Below, piece after piece: positions 63,836-64,000 of a stretch of 64,000 bases of DNA. Location of the stretch: the NCBI RefSeq assembly GCF_963921235.1, contig NC_086097.1, positions 142,788,001-142,852,000 on the forward strand, given 5' to 3'. The stretch's first letter is position 1. Every line of letters begins with the position of its first letter. The position numbers were made by a program, and so were the translations under genes. This DNA comes from Mobula hypostoma. Lineage: Eukaryota. The notes under the pieces are model-generated. The model saw only the letters and a list, made by a program, of their open reading frames with translations. It did not search any database and was not told the origin of the DNA.

Positions 63836-64000
63836 TATATGAGAAAAAAGCAAAAGTAACATTAGAGTGTATATGTATTATTAAAGGACAAGGGGAAAAA
63901 AACAGAAGGGTGGGATTAGACAATGTGGGACATTAACAAATGTTAGACCATAAGGACAAGATCTGGCAGAATTAGCCAGTTTGGCCCGTCGAGTCTTCTC

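Overview
Vertebrate genomic DNA; the repeat families suggest a cartilaginous fish such as a ray (inference). The window is mostly nested, decayed transposable elements: CR1 and Rex1/Babar LINEs, one L1 3' end, Penelope-like elements (PLEs), Tigger, hAT/Charlie and PIF/Harbinger non-autonomous DNA elements, and SINE fragments. Almost every ORF in the track is a retroelement fragment or its antisense shadow. The most structured signal is a young PLE subfamily. One 3.7-kb insertion is a tail-out inverted dimer, and all three young insertions have exact 13-bp target-site duplications (TSDs). The four young terminal repeats carry a minimal hammerhead-ribozyme motif, and the copies spanning the Cys-rich linker share a 9-bp deletion. 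Between the repeats are candidate exons of an unidentified + strand gene (best supported at 14006-16578), a CpG-rich putative promoter at about 50.7-51.4 kb, a 339-bp duplication and further unassigned exon candidates. No host gene could be named. All family calls come from motif recognition without a database search, and boundaries of decayed copies are approximate.
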